From assembly GCA_002404465.1 (NCBI GenBank), contig DHJT01000028.1:14712-78711 (forward strand): a stretch of 64,000 nt of DNA. Direction: 5' to 3'. Positions 53,488-62,166 of the stretch are shown in pieces. Under the pieces are notes generated by a model. The model was not told the origin of the DNA. It saw only the letters and a program-made list of their open reading frames with translations, and ran no database searches. Position 1 is the stretch's first letter. Each line of letters opens with the position of its first letter. Source of the DNA: Sutterella sp. UBA4713. GTDB taxonomy: Bacteria; Pseudomonadota; Gammaproteobacteria; Burkholderiales; Burkholderiaceae_F. The position numbers were made by a program, and so were the translations under genes.

Positions 53488-55086
53488 ATGCCTTTGCCTC
53501 TTATCGAATCCGAAGTACGACGCCGTCGTACATTTGCCATTATCTCGCACCCGGACGCCGGGAAAACAACACTGACGGAGAAGCTGCTCCTTTTTGGCGG
53601 GGCGATTCAGTTGGCTGGGGCCGTTAAGGGACGCAAGGCTTCGCGCCATGCGACAAGTGACTGGATGCAGGTCGAGCAGCAACGCGGCATTTCCGTGACA
53701 AGTTCCGTTATGCAGTTCGAGTATGAAGGGCACATCATCAATCTCCTTGACACTCCGGGGCATGAAGATTTTTCCGAAGATACATACCGCGTTCTGACGG
53801 CTGTTGATTCGGCCGTGATGGTTATCGATGCCGCTAAGGGAGTCGAAGCGCAGACCGTTAAGTTGTTAAATGTCTGTCGCATGCGGAATACCCCGATTAT
53901 TACGTTTATCAATAAGATGGATCGCGAGGTCAGGGATCCACTCGATCTTTTGGATGAAATCGAGAGCGTTCTGCATCTTTCTTGTGTTCCGATTACCTGG
54001 CCGATCGGCATGGGGAAAACATTTCGCGGAGTTTTTTCACTTCTGAAAAATCATTTGGTGCGTTTTGCTCCTGGACAAGATCATTTGGGGGGACAAACTG
54101 AATTAATCGAAGGGCTGGATAGCCAGCGCCTTGATGAGCTCTATCCGATGGAAATCGGACAGGTACGCGAGGCTGTTGAACTGATTAAGGGAGCGAGTGA
54201 ATCATTTGACTTGGACAAATTCTTGCGTGCCGAACAGAGCCCGGTGTTTTTCGGCTCCGGGATTAACAATTTCGGCGTGAAAGATGTTCTGGAGGCCCTG
54301 GTTCAATGGGCTCCTGCCCCCTTGGGGCGCGACGCCGGTGTTCGGCAGGTGGAGCCGACAGAGCCTGACTTTACCGGGTTTGTTTTTAAGATTCAGGCCA
54401 ACATGGACCCGCGCCATCGGGATCGTATTGCTTTTCTGCGTGTTTGTTCCGGAAAGTATGAACCCGGAATGAAAGTCGAACATGTGCGTCTTGCGCGAGA
54501 AATGAAATTGCAAAATGCTCTGACCTTTATGGCCAATGAGCGTATTCATATGCAGCATGCTTATGCCGGCGATATCATCGGCATTTATAACCACGGGCAA
54601 CTTCATATCGGGGATACACTGACCTGCGGAGAAAAGCTCGGATTTACGGGAATCCCGTATTTTGCTCCCGAGCTCTTTCGTTCGGCACGTGCCAAAGATC
54701 CTCTGAAGGGAAAACAGCTTCACCAAGGATTAAAAGAGCTCGGAGAGGAGGGTGCCATTCAGGTTTTCGAGGGGGAGTTCGGCAATTTAATGCTAGGAGC
54801 CGTGGGGCCTTTGCAGTTTGAGATTGTGGCACAGCGTTTGGCAACCGAATACCGGGTCGATGCCATCTATGAGGCAACGGACGTGTCAACAGCCAGATGG
54901 CTTGTTTTCCCGGATGAAGAAACACGCAAGCAATTTTGTACCGAACAAGCATCGCGCCTTGCAAAAGATAGCGAAGGCAATACTTGCTATATGGCAACGT
55001 CCATCTATAACCTTCAGACAACAATGAAACATTGGCCGAAAGTTCAGTTCAGAACGACGCGGGAACAAGGTCAAAAATTCGGATAA
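53488..55086 (+). CDS. prfC: peptide chain release factor 3
   Basis: RRRTFAIISHPDAGKTT, LLDTPGHEDFSEDTYR, NKMD, KIQANMDPRHRDRIAF. Confidence 0.99.
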   Translation: MPLPLIESEVRRRRTFAIISHPDAGKTTLTEKLLLFGGAIQLAGAVKGRKASRHATSDWMQVEQQRGISVTSSVMQFEYEGHIINLLDTPGHEDFSEDTYRVLTAVDSAVMVIDAAKGVEAQTVKLLNVCRMRNTPIITFINKMDREVRDPLDLLDEIESVLHLSCVPITWPIGMGKTFRGVFSLLKNHLVRFAPGQDHLGGQTELIEGLDSQRLDELYPMEIGQVREAVELIKGASESFDLDKFLRAEQSPVFFGSGINNFGVKDVLEALVQWAPAPLGRDAGVRQVEPTEPDFTGFVFKIQANMDPRHRDRIAFLRVCSGKYEPGMKVEHVRLAREMKLQNALTFMANERIHMQHAYAGDIIGIYNHGQLHIGDTLTCGEKLGFTGIPYFAPELFRSARAKDPLKGKQLHQGLKELGEEGAIQVFEGEFGNLMLGAVGPLQFEIVAQRLATEYRVDAIYEATDVSTARWLVFPDEETRKQFCTEQASRLAKDSEGNTCYMATSIYNLQTTMKHWPKVQFRTTREQGQKFG

Positions 55087-55101
55087 TGCAGAGGGCCTTT
55101 T

Positions 55102-56301
55102 ATGACAGCAGTCTTTGAAAATATTCAGGCAGCGGCGCCGGATTCTATTCTCGGTGTGACGGCTAAATATCTGGCCGATCCCCGGCTGGAGAAAGTCAAT
55201 CTCGGAGTCGGTTTGTATTTGGATGAAAAGGGCAAACCGAAAGTGCTCGATGTTGTACGTCAAGAGCAGAAGACGTTGATTGAATCAGGTTTGCCCAACA
55301 CGTATCTACCGATTCGCGGGCTTGCTGCTTATCGAGAATTGACGCAAAAGATGGTTTTTGGTGAGCATAGCGATGTGGTGCAGTCGGGGCGTGCTTGTAC
55401 GATTCAGGCATTGGGCGGAACGGGAGCTATTAAGCTTGCAGCAGATTTCATGCGCAATGTGTGTGGGACAACGGTCGGTGCATCGAGTGACCCAACTTGG
55501 GGCAATCACGACGACATTATGCGTCTTTCCGGACTGAAGGTTCAAAAGTATCGCTACTACGATGCCGCGCACTTTGGCGTGGATTTTTTCGGCATGCTTG
55601 AGGATGTCGCTCGGCTGCCCTCCGGCGCAATGCCGATTTTCCACTCGTGTTGTCACAATCCGACCGGGTACGACATGACGATTGAGCAATGGGCCGAACT
55701 CTTAGAATTGTGTCGCTCTCACGGTCTTGTCCCGTTACTAGACATGGCCTATCAGGGGTTCCGTGAAGGATTGGAGGCGGATGCGGCAGCCATCCGTTTG
55801 TTTGCGGAATCAGGGTTGGATTTTCTTGTGGCAACGTCGTACTCTAAAAGTTTCGGTCTGTACAGTGAGCGCGTCGGAGCTCTGACAGTTGTTACGCAGT
55901 CTAAAAAACAAGCAGATGCGGTGACAACACGGGTTGAGGCATTGGCACGTGCGAACTATTCCAATCCGCCGTCTTTCGGAAGCCGAATCGTTGCCGGAGT
56001 TCTTTCCGATTCCGTAAAGCGTGCACTTTGGGAAGCCGAACTTGCGACCATGCGTGACAGAATTCGTTCGATGCGCTGTGCTTTGGCCGAGGAAATGAAA
56101 AAAATCGGGGCGAAGAGAGACTTTAGTTTCATCACACGGCAGAGCGGTATGTTCTCGTTTACAGGTTTTTCTCCCGAACAGATGGACCGCTTGGCAAATG
56201 AATTCGGCATCTATGCCGTGCGAAACGGTCGCATCTGTATTTGCGGACTTAACGCATCGAATGTAGCGTATGTGGCCCGAGCCTTTGCCGATGTCCTTTG
56301 A
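55102..56301 (+). CDS. aromatic/aspartate aminotransferase (TyrB/AspC family)
   Basis: KVNLGVG, QALGGTGA, CCHNPTG, DMAYQGF, SYSKSFGLYSER, GMFSF. Confidence 0.95.
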   Translation: MTAVFENIQAAAPDSILGVTAKYLADPRLEKVNLGVGLYLDEKGKPKVLDVVRQEQKTLIESGLPNTYLPIRGLAAYRELTQKMVFGEHSDVVQSGRACTIQALGGTGAIKLAADFMRNVCGTTVGASSDPTWGNHDDIMRLSGLKVQKYRYYDAAHFGVDFFGMLEDVARLPSGAMPIFHSCCHNPTGYDMTIEQWAELLELCRSHGLVPLLDMAYQGFREGLEADAAAIRLFAESGLDFLVATSYSKSFGLYSERVGALTVVTQSKKQADAVTTRVEALARANYSNPPSFGSRIVAGVLSDSVKRALWEAELATMRDRIRSMRCALAEEMKKIGAKRDFSFITRQSGMFSFTGFSPEQMDRLANEFGIYAVRNGRICICGLNASNVAYVARAFADVL

Positions 56302-56316
56302 AAGGAACGGATCTGG

Positions 56317-57432
56317 CTAGATTAACTCGAGAAACTTCTTGAGCATTAAAGAGCGTTCCTCGACGGTGTCCAGTCGAAGATATTCATGGTCAGTGTGATA
56401 GCCGCCTCCCGATGGTCCACAGCCGTCGATGACCGGGGTTCCCATGAGGGCCAGGTTGTTGCCGTCTGAGGCGCCCCCGGCGTCGACAAATTCTGCTTTA
56501 AAGCCGACTTCTTGTGCAGCGTTGGAAATTTTTTCGACCAATGCCTTTGTTGCCTCGGAATAAGGCATCGCCGCCTTAAACGTATTTTGCTCAAACGTTG
56601 TCACGATATCTTCACCCCAATTACGGGCGGCAAGTTCCTTTAGGGAGGCTTTTTGATGCTGTTGTTCCTCGTTGGTCCAGTAGCGTGTGTCAAACTCCAC
56701 ATAGGCATTTTCTGGAATTACGTTACTGACGGTGCCTGCATGCATGATGCCGGCTGTAATGGTTGATCCGTGTTCGAAATCATTGAGTTTGTCCGCTTCT
56801 AAGACAAAGCGTGCTGCGGCCAAGAGGGCGCTGCGGCCGTCTTGGGGGTTGTTTCCTGCATGGGCAGCTCGACCGGTGAACTTTACTGTGTAGATTGATA
56901 TTCCCTTGCGGGCGCGCACGAGTTCGCCGTTCGGTCGAGCAGCCTCACAAACTAGTGCGCAATCGGATTTTCCACCGAGCGAAGATAGCCAAGAATCGGA
57001 AAAAAGTGAGCCGGTTTCTTCGTCCGGGTTGTAGGCGACGGCAATAGAAAGACGCTTTAAATCTTCGGGACGAGCACGTTTTAGGGCATAGAAAATTGAT
57101 AGAACTCCGGCTTTACAATCGGCACATCCCGGACCGCGTGCTAAAAATCCTTCAATGGAAAACGGACGTGCTGCTGCAGTTCCATCCGGAAAGACCGTAT
57201 CAAGGTGGGCGTTGAAAAGAACGTCGTAATGGGATGCCTCGGGTTTGTTACGGGCCAGAAGCCCAGCACCGACGCGGGGGCCGAAATCGACGAGTTCGCA
57301 CGTAAACCCGATGGATTCAAAATGACCTTTCATAATCTGGGCTGCGCGCGTAACGCCGGCTGTGTTGGCGGTGCCTGTGTCGAGATTGACGAGTTCTCTG
57401 AGATCTTCGATGTATTCTTTCAAAAAAGACAT
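56317..57432 (-). CDS. M20 family metallopeptidase (carboxypeptidase G2-like)
   Basis: AHLDTVF, GPGCADCKAG, PDEETGS, HAGN, GGASDGN, GGGYH. Confidence 0.9.
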   Translation of the reverse strand: MSFLKEYIEDLRELVNLDTGTANTAGVTRAAQIMKGHFESIGFTCELVDFGPRVGAGLLARNKPEASHYDVLFNAHLDTVFPDGTAAARPFSIEGFLARGPGCADCKAGVLSIFYALKRARPEDLKRLSIAVAYNPDEETGSLFSDSWLSSLGGKSDCALVCEAARPNGELVRARKGISIYTVKFTGRAAHAGNNPQDGRSALLAAARFVLEADKLNDFEHGSTITAGIMHAGTVSNVIPENAYVEFDTRYWTNEEQQHQKASLKELAARNWGEDIVTTFEQNTFKAAMPYSEATKALVEKISNAAQEVGFKAEFVDAGGASDGNNLALMGTPVIDGCGPSGGGYHTDHEYLRLDTVEERSLMLKKFLELI

Positions 57433-57506
57433 GGATACCTCCTGAAAATCGGTTGATCGAAGTTTAGAATTTGGACACGCGAAATGGATGAAATTTAAGG
57501 AAGCAA

Positions 57507-58193
57507 ATGCAAATCAAAGCTGTTTTATTTGACTTGGATGGTACGCTGATAGATACGATTCCTGATTTAACCTACGGGTTAAATCAAATGCTAAAGGGTT
57601 TTGACAGACCTCCTCTGACGACAAAGCAGGTCTCATCCATGGTCGGACGCGGTGTTATCGATTTGATGGAAAATGTGTTTCGGGCCAGCCGTCTTGTTGT
57701 CTGTGAGGAGGCTATTAAACAGGCCATCTCGGTTTATTGTGACATTATGGTTAGAAGTGGCAGTTTGCACAGCACCATATTCCCCGATGTTTTCGATAGC
57801 CTTTCCAGACTCAGAAAGAGCGGTATGAAACTGGCGATTGTCACCAACAAACCGCGCAGTATGACGGAAGCAATCGTAAAAGAAAAGAACCTTGACGAAT
57901 GCGTCGATTGTATCGTTGCCGCGGGCGATGCTGCGACCGTCAAGCCGCATCCGGAAATGCTTTGGCTTGCTTGTGACAGGCTCAGCGTGTCTAGAAAAGA
58001 AGCCGTCATGGTCGGCGACAGTTCCAACGATGCGCTTGCCGCGAAAAGTGCCGGGATGCCGGTGTATCTGGTAACAACCGGATATAACGGAACTGAGTCA
58101 GTTGCGCAGTGGGCAAAAGAAAACGGGTTTACCCGAGTCTTTGATGCTATTCAAGACGTTACCGACGACATCCTTAATCGGCCGCAAGATTAA
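57507..58193 (+). CDS. gph: phosphoglycolate phosphatase-like HAD hydrolase
   Basis: FDLDGTLIDT, IVTNKP, KPHP, MVGDSSND. Confidence 0.85.
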   Translation: MQIKAVLFDLDGTLIDTIPDLTYGLNQMLKGFDRPPLTTKQVSSMVGRGVIDLMENVFRASRLVVCEEAIKQAISVYCDIMVRSGSLHSTIFPDVFDSLSRLRKSGMKLAIVTNKPRSMTEAIVKEKNLDECVDCIVAAGDAATVKPHPEMLWLACDRLSVSRKEAVMVGDSSNDALAAKSAGMPVYLVTTGYNGTESVAQWAKENGFTRVFDAIQDVTDDILNRPQD

Positions 58194-59298
58194 AGCGCTC
58201 GCGAAAGTGTGCCGAGGAACCGAGGCGAAACTTCGCGACATGTCGACCGGTGCTTTCGATGTGTTTTTCAAGGACGCTGAGCGGTGTTTGTGCTTTTTCT
58301 GCTTCTGCTTTCTTACGGTACAGACGATAGTGGACACGAGCACGTGACGGTGTCATGTTCGGCATCACGACATTGCAACCGGCTTTGATTCCGAGAATTC
58401 GTCCGTTTGGGACCAACGATTCCAGTGCCGTTGCTGCCGCGATATTGCAGGTTGGAAACATTAACCGTGTGACGGCAAGCATATTTAAGGAAAGCGTCAA
58501 GAGGCGATTTTTCTCCATCATGCCTTCGGCATGCATGTCGCCGCCTTCACTTTCAATGTAAGGTCCCATGCCGAACATATCGGCATCGATGCGTTCAAAG
58601 GCCCGCAAGTCCGCAACCAAATCTTCAACTGTTTGCCCCGGAATGCCGATCATGACACCTGTGCCGACTTGGTAGCCTGTAAGACGCAACTCCGATAAAG
58701 ACAGATAGCGCTCTATCAAAGTTTTTCTGCGGAACCCACGACCGTGGATTGTTTCAAATAGCATCGGGTTGCTCGTTTCTAGACGCAGTAGGTATCGCAA
58801 GCCTGTTGGATTGCCGGAGGCCTTGGCCCAGCGTTCGTAAGTTTCTCTGGACTGTTCCCCGAATGAGAGCGTTAAACCGCAACCGGTTTTAATTCCCATC
58901 GAAAGACTCAAAGCGTGAAGATCACGTAAAACGTCTGTAATAAAATCGATAAAGCGAGCATCGTTTCGTTCTCCGCTTTGCAGGGCCAATGAGTAGTATC
59001 CGGCGCGAAAGCTACGTTCGGCGGCCTGAAGAATTTCTCTTTTTGTCAGTGTATAGCGTTGTAACGTGTGATTGCTTTTGCGGATTCCGCAATAACGGCA
59101 GTCGTAGACACACAGATTGCTTATCTCAATTAGGGCGCGTATGTACACGGCATTCCCGAGGATTTTCTCGCACCTGTCGTAAGCTTCGGCATAAAGTGCT
59201 TGACATTCGGACGGCTCTTGTAAGGACAACAAGAGCGCTAGCTCGTCGTCGGAAAAGATAGTTTTTCTCAGTAGAGTTCTTAATGCAAGTGTTGTCAT
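58174..59298 (-). CDS. hydE: [FeFe]-hydrogenase H-cluster radical SAM maturase HydE
   Basis: RALIEISNLCVYDCRYCGIRKSN, LQSGE, RYLLRLETS, GTGVMIGIPGQ, NVVMPN, YRLY; overlaps the hydF stop. Confidence 0.88.
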   Translation of the reverse strand: MTTLALRTLLRKTIFSDDELALLLSLQEPSECQALYAEAYDRCEKILGNAVYIRALIEISNLCVYDCRYCGIRKSNHTLQRYTLTKREILQAAERSFRAGYYSLALQSGERNDARFIDFITDVLRDLHALSLSMGIKTGCGLTLSFGEQSRETYERWAKASGNPTGLRYLLRLETSNPMLFETIHGRGFRRKTLIERYLSLSELRLTGYQVGTGVMIGIPGQTVEDLVADLRAFERIDADMFGMGPYIESEGGDMHAEGMMEKNRLLTLSLNMLAVTRLMFPTCNIAAATALESLVPNGRILGIKAGCNVVMPNMTPSRARVHYRLYRKKAEAEKAQTPLSVLEKHIESTGRHVAKFRLGSSAHFRERFNLAAD

Positions 59299-60593
59299 GA
59301 TTTGTTCTGAACGCTCAGGCGGGCTGTTTCGTTTCTATAGGCTTTAAGAGCTTCGGGATGCAAACTTAAAGCGCGCGCAAGAACCCCTTGCAGAAAGCTG
59401 ATGGCAATTCCGTAGTTTGTCATAGGGACATTTTGTTTTGTGGCTTCACGAAGGCGAGCGAGCATGTGGCGGCGAGTGACGACACAGCCCCCGCATTGAA
59501 TAATGACTTTGTACGGACTTAGATCCGGCGGGAAGTCTTTTCCGACCACGACGTCTATTCGGAGTTCGCCTCCGATTTTTTGCGCAAGCCAGCGCGGGAT
59601 TTTTTTGCGACCGATGTCATCGGGTTGCGGATGGTGCGAACAAGTCTCGCAAATCATAACCCGATCACCGGGTCTTAACGTATTAAGAGCGGCAGCTCCA
59701 CGCGCAAGGCTCGTTAAATCGGATTTCATCACGGACATCTCAATTGAAAATGTTGTCACGGGAATATTTTCGGGGACAACATCAACAACATGGCGTACGA
59801 CTTGACTGTCTGTAATAACGAAGGCCGGCGGTGTTTTGAGTGTTTCCAGAATTTGTGACAGGCGATTTTCTCGAACGACCACACACTGAGCATCGGCATC
59901 TAAAACAGAGCGAACGGCTTGTACCTGTGGCAAAATCAAGCGTCCTTTCGGGGCGCCGGTATCAATTGGAGTCACCAGAACAATTGTATCGCCGGGCTTG
60001 ATTAAACCAGACAGAAAATCCGGATCGGAATCATGGTTTTCCGATAAAACGCGAACCATTACGGAACGCAGGGATTCAATGCCGTCTTGTTTGCGAGCGG
60101 AAACTTCGCAAACAGGTGCCCCCAGGCTCAATGTGTAAGAGCGCAGTGCTTCTGAGACAGGAACGGCATCTATTTTATTTAGAACTAAGATACATGGTAC
60201 GGAAAGATCACGTGCTTTGGCAATCAGTTCCTTTTCTGTCGCTCCGACGGTTTCGGCTGTCGTGATAATCAGTGCTAAATCCATCCAAGAAAAAACGGAT
60301 TTGGAGCGATCTGTACGTTGTTTTCCGAGGCTTCCTGTGTCATCGATGCCTGCCGTGTCAATGAAAACAACCGGCCCGAGCGGGGCAAATTCAGCCGCTT
60401 TTTCTACCGGATCGGTTGTCGTCCCAGCGACAGGACTGACAATAGAAATTTCTTGATTTAGAAGCGCATTCATCAGAGAGGACTTACCGGCATTGCGTTT
60501 GCCGAAAAGACCGATATGGAGTCGCAATCCCTTAGGGGTTTGCGTGCGAGGATTCATACGCACAGGAGATTCCGTCATAGACCTAACTCCCAT
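59295..60593 (-). CDS. hydF: [FeFe]-hydrogenase H-cluster maturation GTPase HydF
   Basis: GKRNAGKSS, GTTTDPV, DTAG, NKID, APKGRLILPQVQ, ITDSQ, CSHH...QCGGC, TNYG. Start may be 60578. Confidence 0.95.
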   Translation of the reverse strand: MGVRSMTESPVRMNPRTQTPKGLRLHIGLFGKRNAGKSSLMNALLNQEISIVSPVAGTTTDPVEKAAEFAPLGPVVFIDTAGIDDTGSLGKQRTDRSKSVFSWMDLALIITTAETVGATEKELIAKARDLSVPCILVLNKIDAVPVSEALRSYTLSLGAPVCEVSARKQDGIESLRSVMVRVLSENHDSDPDFLSGLIKPGDTIVLVTPIDTGAPKGRLILPQVQAVRSVLDADAQCVVVRENRLSQILETLKTPPAFVITDSQVVRHVVDVVPENIPVTTFSIEMSVMKSDLTSLARGAAALNTLRPGDRVMICETCSHHPQPDDIGRKKIPRWLAQKIGGELRIDVVVGKDFPPDLSPYKVIIQCGGCVVTRRHMLARLREATKQNVPMTNYGIAISFLQGVLARALSLHPEALKAYRNETARLSVQNKS

Positions 60594-60599
60594 AGATAA

Positions 60600-61943
60600 C
60601 TACATGTCAATCTCTTTTAGCGGCTTACGTAGTTCGGCACGCACGTTATCCATGCCTGAATAAAAGGCTTTCATCATCACTAGCCCGAGGAATTTTCCGG
60701 TTTCCGTGACAATGAGGTGGTCTTTGTTTTTCGGATCATCTTTAACGGCACCGACAAGGCGTAGGGCTAGCATTTCTTTAAGGAGTGCTCTGTCTAAGTT
60801 GACTCCGTAGACATCGCGAAAATATTTGCGTGACAAACGTCCGGAGAAAACACCGAGCATCAGGCGATATTGCAATACGGCGTGCTTGTCGAAAATTCGT
60901 TGCCGTTCGACCCCGGTTTTTCCTGCGGCAATTCGCTCGCCGTAACGGCGTAGACTGAATGTATTGACGTATAGGTTGTTGTTAAGAAAGCTAAACGCCC
61001 CTGATCCGACGCCGAGATATTCGTCGTTATCAACGACGTACTCATCAATTCCTTCATCATGCGTGCGACCGAATGTCCAGCTTGTCAGTTGTCGATATCT
61101 CGAGCCAAGGGTTTCCATAATAACGCGGTATTGATCAGCCAGTTCGTTGCCCTTGGCCGCGATGGTGCCTTTCACGCTCTTTTTTGTTTGACTTGTGACC
61201 ATCAGCGGGTAGGTTGTGATCTGGCGCGGATTGAGTTCATTTAGCAGTTCCATGTCTCTGCGTAACATGTCAAGGCTCTGTCCGCGAAAGCCGAAAATCA
61301 TGTCAATGTTTGTCGTCGGAAAGAGCTCAAGGGCCTGAGCCAACCGATCGTAAATGACGGCACCGGACCCAAATTTGTCGTACCGTTCAGTCATTTTCAA
61401 AATGGAATCATCAAAACTTTGCACGCCGATGCTCATGCGATCGACAAGCCCTTTGAGGCGCTTAAAGGAGGGGTCGGCGATTTGCAAAGGGTCAGTTTCG
61501 CACGAAACTTCTTTAATGCCCGGGAAGAGTGTTTTCGCATGCTCAAGGGTTTTAACAAGTTCTTCCTCGATAATCGTTGTTGTACCGCCGCCGACATATA
61601 GTCCAGTAAAGTCATAGCCGAGAGCTTTGACATATTCCATTTCTTTGCGCAGATTTGCAAAATACGCGCGGGCGGTATGCTCTTTAAACAAGAATCGATG
61701 GAATGTGCAATACGAACATAGGGTTTTGCAAAACGGCACATGCATGTACATTAAGTACTTGTGTCCGTCAATCGGAGCGGGCGGTCTGTCAAGGATTACA
61801 GGATCACATGTCAGATAGCGATTGATGTAAAAATCCATGACGCGATCGGTCAGTCGAATCGCCCAGTTGGGAAGAAGGCCCTTGGCGATATTTTGTGTCT
61901 CGTTTTCTGCCATAACACTCTTTTGTGTTTGCGGTGCCGTCAT
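60600..61943 (-). CDS. menK: HemN-like class C radical SAM methyltransferase, probable menaquinone methyltransferase (MenK/MqnK type)
   Basis: YMHVPFCKTLCSYCTFHRF, GGGTT, SIGVQSF, and QITTYPLM matching the QxTxYPL signature of MenK/MqnK enzymes; menA is present in the window. Confidence 0.75.
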   Translation of the reverse strand: MTAPQTQKSVMAENETQNIAKGLLPNWAIRLTDRVMDFYINRYLTCDPVILDRPPAPIDGHKYLMYMHVPFCKTLCSYCTFHRFLFKEHTARAYFANLRKEMEYVKALGYDFTGLYVGGGTTTIIEEELVKTLEHAKTLFPGIKEVSCETDPLQIADPSFKRLKGLVDRMSIGVQSFDDSILKMTERYDKFGSGAVIYDRLAQALELFPTTNIDMIFGFRGQSLDMLRRDMELLNELNPRQITTYPLMVTSQTKKSVKGTIAAKGNELADQYRVIMETLGSRYRQLTSWTFGRTHDEGIDEYVVDNDEYLGVGSGAFSFLNNNLYVNTFSLRRYGERIAAGKTGVERQRIFDKHAVLQYRLMLGVFSGRLSRKYFRDVYGVNLDRALLKEMLALRLVGAVKDDPKNKDHLIVTETGKFLGLVMMKAFYSGMDNVRAELRKPLKEIDM

Positions 61944-62027
61944 TTCGTTTTTGATCAGAAGAAAGCCGGCAAAAATGATTCAGGCAAAGGATGGCCGAAA
62001 CGGACACCCCTTGAAGTTTTGGACATG

Positions 62028-62056
62028 ATAATAACCTTCATGTGTAAACCTCTCAA
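62028..62056 (-). promoter_or_regulatory. putative sigma70 promoter of menK-hydF-hydE
   Basis: Minus strand TTGAGA-17 nt-TATTAT. Confidence 0.4.
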
Positions 62057-62104
62057 GGATAAAGGCAGTATCGGACAAGACGCTGAGGATTGAATACATC
62101 CCTG

Positions 62105-62147
62105 AAAAAATACGCCGGATTTCTCCCGCACAAGGACGAATCCGGCG
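62105..62147 (-). terminator. intrinsic terminator after the acyl-CoA ligase
   Basis: CGCCGGATT / AATCCGGCG stem followed on the minus strand by a U6 tract. Confidence 0.7.
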
Positions 62148-62166
62148 CACGCACAAGGCTTGTTAG

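Noticed and set aside
58174..59298. Annotation as biotin synthase BioB
   Set aside because: The HydE-type RYLLRLET, NVVMPN and YxLY motifs and the coupling to hydF argue for HydE.
60600..61943. Annotation as a true coproporphyrinogen III oxidase HemN
   Set aside because: It has the QxTxYPLM signature and an N-terminus unlike HemN; a menaquinone methyltransferase fits better.
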